Assembly: GCA_031549365.1 (NCBI GenBank)
Contig: JAVBPX010000005.1
Coordinates: 17,660-81,659 of the forward strand
DNA length: 64,000 nucleotides
Source of the DNA: Alphaproteobacteria bacterium
GTDB taxonomy: Bacteria; Pseudomonadota; Alphaproteobacteria; Rs-D84
Direction: 5' to 3'
Shown here: piece by piece, positions 58,714-64,000 of the stretch
Layout of the letters: every line of letters starts with the position of its first letter
Numbering within the stretch: the first letter of the stretch is position 1
Translations under genes and position numbers: made by a program
Notes under the pieces: generated by a model
Seen by the model: the letters and a program-made list of their open reading frames with translations, nothing else
Database searches by the model: none
Told to the model about the DNA's origin: nothing

Positions 58714-58789
58714 TGGTGGAGTCAATGGGAGTCGAACCCACGACCTCTACATTGCGAACGTAGCGCTCTACCAACTGAGCTATGACCCC
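58714..58789 (-). tRNA. tRNA-Ala (G3:U70; anticodon read as CGC)
   Basis: GGGGTCATAGCTCAGTTGGTAGAGCGCTACGTTCGCAATGTAGAGGTCGTGGGTTCGACTCCCATTGACTCCACCA; Ala identity pair G3:U70. Confidence 0.7.
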
Positions 58790-58975
58790 AAAAAAGTTTG
58801 AAAATACATTTCTTGGTCGCGTTTTTAATTTTTTGCCACGGCACGTACCATATGTACGCTGGCGCGCGGTCAAAAAATGAAAAAAACCGCCCAATAAACG
58901 CATTTTGAAACTTTTTGCTATACATCTAAAATTAGATGAATTCTTTTGCAATCATCATATTTTGATGCGTTTCAA
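58790..58975. repeat. long variant of the gtac-core/hairpin repeat family
   Basis: gccacggcacgtaccatatgtacgctggcgcgcggtcaaaaaatg ... aattcttttgcaatcatcatattttgatgcgttt. Confidence 0.5.
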
Positions 58976-58994
58976 ATTCTAATATTTTAAACAA

Positions 58995-59018
58995 AACCCA
59001 CCCGAAGGTGGATTTGTT
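58995..59018 (-). terminator. hairpin 3' of the tRNA-Ala(GGC)-tRNA-His pair
   Basis: aaacccacccgaaggtggatttgtt. Confidence 0.45.
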
Positions 59019-59023
59019 ATTTA

Positions 59024-59101
59024 TGGGGCGAATAACCGGATTCGAACCGGCGACATCCAGTACCACAAACTGGCGCTCTAACCAACTGAGCTATATCCGC
59101 C
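59024..59101 (-). tRNA. tRNA-His (anticodon GTG) with encoded G-1
   Basis: G-GCGGATATAGCTCAGTTGGTTAGAGCGCCAGTTTGTGGTACTGG...TTCGAATCCGGTTATTCGCCCCA; extra 5' G pairs with C73. Confidence 0.85.
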
Positions 59102-59109
59102 ACAAACTT

Positions 59110-59185
59110 TGGTGGAGCTGATCGGACTCGAACCGACGACCTCTTGCATGCCATGCAAGCGTTCTACCAACTGAACTACAACCCC
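59110..59185 (-). tRNA. tRNA-Ala (anticodon GGC)
   Basis: GGGGTTGTAGTTCAGTTGGTAGAACGCTTGCATGGCATGCAAGAGGTCGTCGGTTCGAGTCCGATCAGCTCCACCA; G3:U70. Confidence 0.8.
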
Positions 59186-59253
59186 AAGTATTTACAATAT
59201 TTTAGTAGCATGCAAGAGGTTTTCAAAAATATTTCATATTTTTGACCTCACAA

Positions 59254-59309
59254 CGCACCTGCCATTCGTCTCTGTCCGTTGGACTTCGCCGAAATGGACG
59301 TGCTATTTC
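59254..59309. repeat. 'B' element copy 2
   Basis: cgcacctgccattcgtctctgtccgttggacttcgccgaaatggacgtgctatttc; followed by the AT palindrome aaaataaatattattaacatttattttt. Confidence 0.5.
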
Positions 59310-59346
59310 ATAAAAATAAATATTATTAACATTTATTTTTATTACA

Positions 59347-59385
59347 CATGCCATGCAAGCGTTCTACCAACTGAACTACAACCCC
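59347..59385. repeat. exact 39-nt duplicate of the 5' half of tRNA-Ala(GGC) (= 59147-59185)
   Basis: catgccatgcaagcgttctaccaactgaactacaacccc is identical at both sites. Confidence 0.8.
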
Positions 59386-59394
59386 AAAATGTAT

Positions 59395-59513
59395 GAAAAT
59401 GGGTGATTAAAAACAAGTTTATTGTTTTTTAGAACCCTTATGTACGCTTGTGTACACCGCGGGCCCTAAAAAACAATAAATTCTTTATACTCATCCCGTT
59501 TTGATGCATTTTT
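59395..59513. repeat. ~105-bp hairpin repeat carrying a copy of the last 16 nt of mutS (gaaaatgggtgattaa)
   Basis: ~95% identical over ~120 nt to 63522-63648 (mutS ...KMGD* plus element); core cttatgtacgcttgtgtacaccgcgggcc flanked by the inverted repeat aaacaagtttattgttttttag / ctaaaaaacaataaattc. Confidence 0.75.
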
Positions 59514-59714
59514 GCGTCATACATATTTCGATTGGAACCGAAAGTGTGGTTTGGTTTATTTACAATGTGTAGCACACTATATAATGGGTTTTAATGAAAG
59601 TCAAGGAATTGGCGAAAAAAATTGAGTCGAGAGTTTGGGCATTTTTTGTTTGAATTTAGGGTTTTGTGTGTTAGAGTTTGGTTCAGAGAGAGTGATAGAT
59701 AAAAAGGTTATAAA

Positions 59715-60563
59715 ATGGCGTATGATTTATCGCGTGAAAAAAGAATGATAGAATTATATGGAATGGTGCTGGCGGCCCGGGATAAGGCTGTGCAAAAAGC
59801 CAAAAATACCGGTAAATTGTGTTATTATGATCAAGAATGGATTGAATTGGCGACCATTAACAAAGAATTTGAAAAGTTAAATGGTCAATTTGATGATATG
59901 ATCACTTTGTTGGGGTCTGAAATTCGCGATATGAAACCAATAACAGTTGATGATATATTTGGTGGAATGTCTGTTTTTAAAAAAAATGGCGATTTAATGT
60001 GTGCTGGGAATGCTGTGTTATATGCAAAGATGAATAATGATTATTTCTTGTGTGTTACAAACAAAAAAGATAATAAATTTGATTTTAATTATAGTTGCGA
60101 AAAAGATCAACGAGTTATGTTGTCGGGAGAAGATGTGATCTTATATAATCCTCCGAAAATAAAAGAAAGTTGGTTGGGTAAAACAAAAATCAAAGAGCCA
60201 AAAGCCGTAATATTTAAAAATGCAGGGGATCATGTTCGTATAAGTTATTCGTATGGTTTGGAATATGAATCTTTGGATAAAGAAATGATTGGTAAAAAAA
60301 TGTATCCAGGGTGCGAACATTTGTTTTATTCGGTCAAATTTGACAAGGCATATCAGGACAGTTTGACACATCGTGGCGAATATATTAGTGAAGGGGACAG
60401 GATGTGCGCAGTTCATGGAAAAGTTTCCAATGGAATTTATAGAAGTGTCGAAATGCCGTTAAGAGATATTTCAATTAAAAATTCGGAAATTAAAAAATTG
60501 GCAGATGAAACCAGAGAATTTTATGATAAAAAATATTGCAGAAGGGATAACGGAGGTAAGTAA
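59715..60563 (+). CDS. hypothetical protein (282 aa), translationally coupled to xseB
   Basis: No signal peptide or known domain; stop TAA overlaps the xseB ATG (TAATG); GGAGG RBS for xseB lies inside its 3' end. Confidence 0.45.
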   Translation: MAYDLSREKRMIELYGMVLAARDKAVQKAKNTGKLCYYDQEWIELATINKEFEKLNGQFDDMITLLGSEIRDMKPITVDDIFGGMSVFKKNGDLMCAGNAVLYAKMNNDYFLCVTNKKDNKFDFNYSCEKDQRVMLSGEDVILYNPPKIKESWLGKTKIKEPKAVIFKNAGDHVRISYSYGLEYESLDKEMIGKKMYPGCEHLFYSVKFDKAYQDSLTHRGEYISEGDRMCAVHGKVSNGIYRSVEMPLRDISIKNSEIKKLADETREFYDKKYCRRDNGGK

Positions 60564-60796
60564 TGGTTGATATTAAAGATTTAAATTTTGAAGAGGCTTT
60601 GACACAATTAAATACGATCGTTCAAAAGATGGAATCAGGTCAGATTTCATTAGAAGAATCAGTCAAGGCGTATGAAATGGGGATTGCTTTGAAAAAACAT
60701 TGCGACATGAAATTGAAAGAAGCGGAATTGAAAATTGAGAAGATTAGGCCAGAGAGTTTGACGCAAAACGGGGATGTAGAAACGACTCCATTTTAA
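60563..60796 (+). CDS. xseB: exodeoxyribonuclease VII small subunit
   Basis: NFEEALTQLNTIVQKMESGQISLEESVKAYEMGIALKKHCDMKLKEAELKIEKI. Confidence 0.8.
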   Translation: MVDIKDLNFEEALTQLNTIVQKMESGQISLEESVKAYEMGIALKKHCDMKLKEAELKIEKIRPESLTQNGDVETTPF

Positions 60797-60818
60797 AATA
60801 CATGAAAACCAACGATTG

Positions 60819-60910
60819 AAAACAAGTTTTTAATTTTTTTGAGCCTTATATAGTTTATATACACAGCGGTCCTAAAAAATTATTTACATTCATTTGATTT
60901 TGATGAAAAG
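60819..60910. repeat. divergent member of the hairpin repeat family, 3' of the xseB stop
   Basis: aaaacaagtttttaatttttttgagccttatatagtttatatacacagcggtcctaaaaaattatttacattcatttgattttgatg. Confidence 0.5.
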
Positions 60911-60945
60911 AGTTAGATTTAGGAAAAGTATAAAAGGGTTATAGA

Positions 60946-63537
60946 GTGGAGAATCAGGAAAAATTATCGCCGGTGATGCAGCAATATCTGGATTTTAAAC
61001 GGGAAAATCCAGAAGCATTATTGTTATTCAGGTTGGGTGATTTTTACGAAGTGTTTTTCGATGATGCCATCATCGTTTCGCGCGCGCTGGATTTGGTTTT
61101 AACAAAACGCGGAAATGAAATTCCAATGTGCGGAGTTCCATTTCATGCTGCGGATAATTATATTGCACGGTTGGTTAAACAGGGTTTTCATGTTGCGATT
61201 GCAGAACAAATGGAAACGCCAGACGAAGCCCGTGCCCGAGGAGCAAAACAATTGCGTCGGGATATTGTTCGGGTTTTAACGCCTGGGACAATTGTGGATG
61301 ATCATTTATTAGCCGGGTCGCAATCAAATTTTTTGGTTGCGGTTATTAAATCAAAGTTTGGTTGGTCGTTGGCGGGTTCGGAATTATCCACGGGGGATTT
61401 TTTTATATCAGATGTTCGAGGATCCATTATTGATACGATTATGCGGATTAAACCGGCCGAAATTTTGGCGGATGAATCGGTTGCAGAAGATGTTGATATT
61501 CGTGCTATTAAATCCATGATTCCGGTTACTTTCGTTCATGAGCGTTTATTTCAGAAATCAAACATGGATGAAAATTTAGGGCGGGTTTTTGGAGTGCATC
61601 AAAATTTTAATCGTATGAATGAATCACAAAAGTTGACGGTTGGTTTATTGGCTCATTATTTAATCCAAACACAACGCGGGTCATTTGTGCCGTTCAAGAG
61701 TTTTCGTATTTTGGGCGATGGATCCAGATTGCAGATTGATGCTTCGACCTGGAAAAGTTTAGAGATTGATGAATCAATGTCTGGGAAATCTGGCGTTACA
61801 TTATTAGATGTGATTGATAATACGGTTACTGCTGCTGGGGCGCGCTGTTTGCGTTCGATGTTGCGTGAATTATTGGGGGACGTTGAAATAATAGCAGATA
61901 GGCAGGATAGAATCGAGAATTTGGTCAAAAAAACCGGTGTTTTACGTGATTGGCGTGCGTTATTAAAGAAAATGCCAGATATTGAACGCGCATTATCCAG
62001 ATTGTTATCCGAACGTGGATCTCCACGGGATTTGTTATCGATTTCCCATGCTCTGCAAATGATGCCTGGGGTTCGGGCGATGGCAAATGAGTTAGATGAA
62101 AAAACTTTGGATGAAGTGAAATCTTTGGCATTGCATGAAGCGTTATCATTTGAATTGGTGCGAGCATTGGAAGATGATTTGCCTGCATTCTTTCGAGAGG
62201 GTGGTGTTATACGAGAGGGATTTCATGCTGGTTTGGATCAATTGCGTGATTTGGCTGCGAATTCAAAAAAAATTATTGCAGGTTTGCAAAATGAATATGT
62301 TTCAAAATCTGGCGCCAATTTATTAAAGATTAAATACAATAATTTATTAGGGTATTTTATAGAGGTTCCGCCAAAACAGGCAGAATCAATGTTGGGGATT
62401 GAATCTGAATTTATTCATAAACAGACTTTGGTTGGCGGCGTTCGGTTTACAACAGTTCGATTGGCTGAATTGGATTCGGAAATTAGATCTGCCGCTGAAA
62501 AAGCCGTGGCTGTTGAAAAAGAAATTGTTCGAGAATTAATCGAAAAGATTCGTGGGGCGGCCGAAGATTTGAGAAAAATTGCAGAAGTGTTGGCGAGAAT
62601 TGATGTTTATGCCGCGTTGGCCGAAGTTGCAATAATTAATAATTGGGTTCGGCCCAATGTAGTTAATGAAAAAGTATTTAATATAATTGGAGGTCGCCAT
62701 CCTGTTGTTGAACACGTTTTATCGAATAATCATTCACAATTTGTTGCAAATGATTGTGTTTTTGAAAATGGTAAAACTGTTTGGTTAATGACTGGGCCAA
62801 ATATGGCTGGAAAATCAACATATTTGAGGCAAAATGCGATAATTGTTGTGTTGGCACATTTGGGGTCATTTGTTCCCGCCAGATCGGCACAAATTGGAAT
62901 TGTGGATCAATTATTTTCCCGTGTTGGGGCGTCCGATAATTTGGCCCAGGGACAATCAACATTTATGGTTGAAATGATAGAGACTGCCAATATTTTAAAT
63001 CGTGCGACAGATCGTAGTTTTGTTATTTTGGATGAAATTGGCAGGGGGACTTCTACTTGGGATGGTTTGTCCATGGCTTGGGCTGTATTGGAATATTTAA
63101 ATCAATTAGGGTGTTTGACATTATTTGCAACACATTATCATGAATTAGTTGCGCTGCGCGATACGTTATCTAAATTGGCCTGTATGACGATTGAAATCAA
63201 AGAGCAGGATAATGAAATTATATTTATGCATCGTGTAATTTCAGGTGTTGCAAACAGATCATACGGAATTCATGTGGCAAGTATGGCGGGTGTTCCAAAG
63301 CCGGTGATTTTAAGGGCCGAGGCTGTTTTAAAACAGTTGGAATCAGATCAAAAAGTTGGTAAAGATTTAAGGACGTTGACTCTGTTTGATGCCCCCAGTT
63401 TGGTTGTTGATAAAAAAGACGTAAAGAATGATGCGGTTTTGGAAAAATTGCGTGGGTTGGATTTGAATTCAATGACACCAATGCAGGCATTGGAATTTTT
63501 GGATAAATTGAAAAAAGATGTGAAAATGGGCGATTAA
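60946..63537 (+). CDS. mutS: DNA mismatch repair protein MutS
   Basis: 863 aa; GTG start after an AAAAGGG RBS; N-terminal mismatch-binding domain; Walker A TGPNMAGKSTYLRQ. Confidence 0.9.
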   Translation: MENQEKLSPVMQQYLDFKRENPEALLLFRLGDFYEVFFDDAIIVSRALDLVLTKRGNEIPMCGVPFHAADNYIARLVKQGFHVAIAEQMETPDEARARGAKQLRRDIVRVLTPGTIVDDHLLAGSQSNFLVAVIKSKFGWSLAGSELSTGDFFISDVRGSIIDTIMRIKPAEILADESVAEDVDIRAIKSMIPVTFVHERLFQKSNMDENLGRVFGVHQNFNRMNESQKLTVGLLAHYLIQTQRGSFVPFKSFRILGDGSRLQIDASTWKSLEIDESMSGKSGVTLLDVIDNTVTAAGARCLRSMLRELLGDVEIIADRQDRIENLVKKTGVLRDWRALLKKMPDIERALSRLLSERGSPRDLLSISHALQMMPGVRAMANELDEKTLDEVKSLALHEALSFELVRALEDDLPAFFREGGVIREGFHAGLDQLRDLAANSKKIIAGLQNEYVSKSGANLLKIKYNNLLGYFIEVPPKQAESMLGIESEFIHKQTLVGGVRFTTVRLAELDSEIRSAAEKAVAVEKEIVRELIEKIRGAAEDLRKIAEVLARIDVYAALAEVAIINNWVRPNVVNEKVFNIIGGRHPVVEHVLSNNHSQFVANDCVFENGKTVWLMTGPNMAGKSTYLRQNAIIVVLAHLGSFVPARSAQIGIVDQLFSRVGASDNLAQGQSTFMVEMIETANILNRATDRSFVILDEIGRGTSTWDGLSMAWAVLEYLNQLGCLTLFATHYHELVALRDTLSKLACMTIEIKEQDNEIIFMHRVISGVANRSYGIHVASMAGVPKPVILRAEAVLKQLESDQKVGKDLRTLTLFDAPSLVVDKKDVKNDAVLEKLRGLDLNSMTPMQALEFLDKLKKDVKMGD

Positions 63538-63648
63538 AAACAAGTTTATTGTTTTTTAGAACCCTTATGTACGTTTGTGTACACTGCGGGCTATAAAAAA
63601 CAATAAATTCTTTATAGTCATCCTGTTTTGACATCTTTTTTGTGAGCG
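63537..63648. repeat. ~105-bp hairpin repeat, immediately 3' of the mutS stop
   Basis: aaaaacaagtttattgttttttagaacccttatgtacgtttgtgtacactgcgggctataaaaaacaataaattctttatagtcatcctgttttgac. Confidence 0.75.
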
Positions 63649-63691
63649 TATATTATAAGAGTGTTGAATATTTGTAAGGGTGTTGGAAATT

Positions 63692-64000
63692 ATGAAGTCT
63701 GGGTGGATTGTTTTAGATAAACCAAAGGGATTGACCAGTAGTCGCGCTGGGTTTATTTTGCGCAAAATTTTTGGGGCAAAAACGGTTGGGCATTTGGGGA
63801 CATTGGATCCCATGGCGACCGGGGTTTTGGTGGTTGCGTTGGGGGAAGCAACAAAAATGATACCGTATATTGCTGAAACACCAAAAGAGTATGTTTTTCA
63901 AATTCAATTTGGGCAAAGTCGCGATACAGATGATGCCGAGGGGCGAGTTATTTTGGAAAACGATAATAGGCCGACTTTGACGCAAATATTGGAAGTTTTG
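63692..64000 (+). CDS. truB: tRNA pseudouridine(55) synthase TruB (N-terminal part; continues past the window end)
   Basis: MKSGWIVLDKPKGLTSSRAGFILRKIFGAKTVGHLGTLDPMATGVLVVALGEATK; no stop inside the window, hence absent from the ORF track. Confidence 0.8.
   Translation, partial: MKSGWIVLDKPKGLTSSRAGFILRKIFGAKTVGHLGTLDPMATGVLVVALGEATKMIPYIAETPKEYVFQIQFGQSRDTDDAEGRVILENDNRPTLTQILEVL

Overview
AT-rich, gene-dense chromosomal segment that looks like an obligate-intracellular-style alphaproteobacterium (Rickettsiales/Holosporales-like). Supporting genes: type-2 IleRS, GapR/UPF0335, CarD/CdnL, LpxI, a Tim44-like protein next to mltA, and scattered rvh-like type IV secretion (T4SS) genes. Most of the window is housekeeping: mnmG (partial), ileS, adk, tig, rpsI-rplM, xerD, rpoH, ppiB, valS, pyk, kdtA, lpxA/lpxB/lpxI, mreB, uvrD, dnaQ, secB, mltA, parAB-rsmG, metG, dacA, xseB, mutS and truB (partial), plus 9 tRNA genes. 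No rRNA, CRISPR array or intact transposase was seen. The accessory content is: (1) a family of ~40-bp perfect-dyad palindromic intergenic elements, 7 copies, all within 4.8-14.6 kb; (2) a ~105-bp hairpin repeat family with a conserved 'atgtacgcttgtgtacaccgcggg' core, sited right after stop codons and tRNA genes; (3) two ~150-bp mini-insertions, each ending in a duplicated tRNA fragment, beside tRNA-Glu and tRNA-Ala(GGC), with the same internal architecture; (4) a virB3-virB4 T4SS module with an AT-rich promoter carrying direct repeats, followed by a secreted HExxH (DUF922-like) metalloprotease and a minimal transglutaminase-like Cys-His-Asp protein, plus an orphan VirB2-like pilin at 8.4 kb; (5) an integrase with eroded catalytic motifs beside an FAD-oxidoreductase/acyl-ACP thioesterase pair (island remnant). 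Coordinates and calls come from manual reading of the six-frame ORF track and the sequence; no database search was run.
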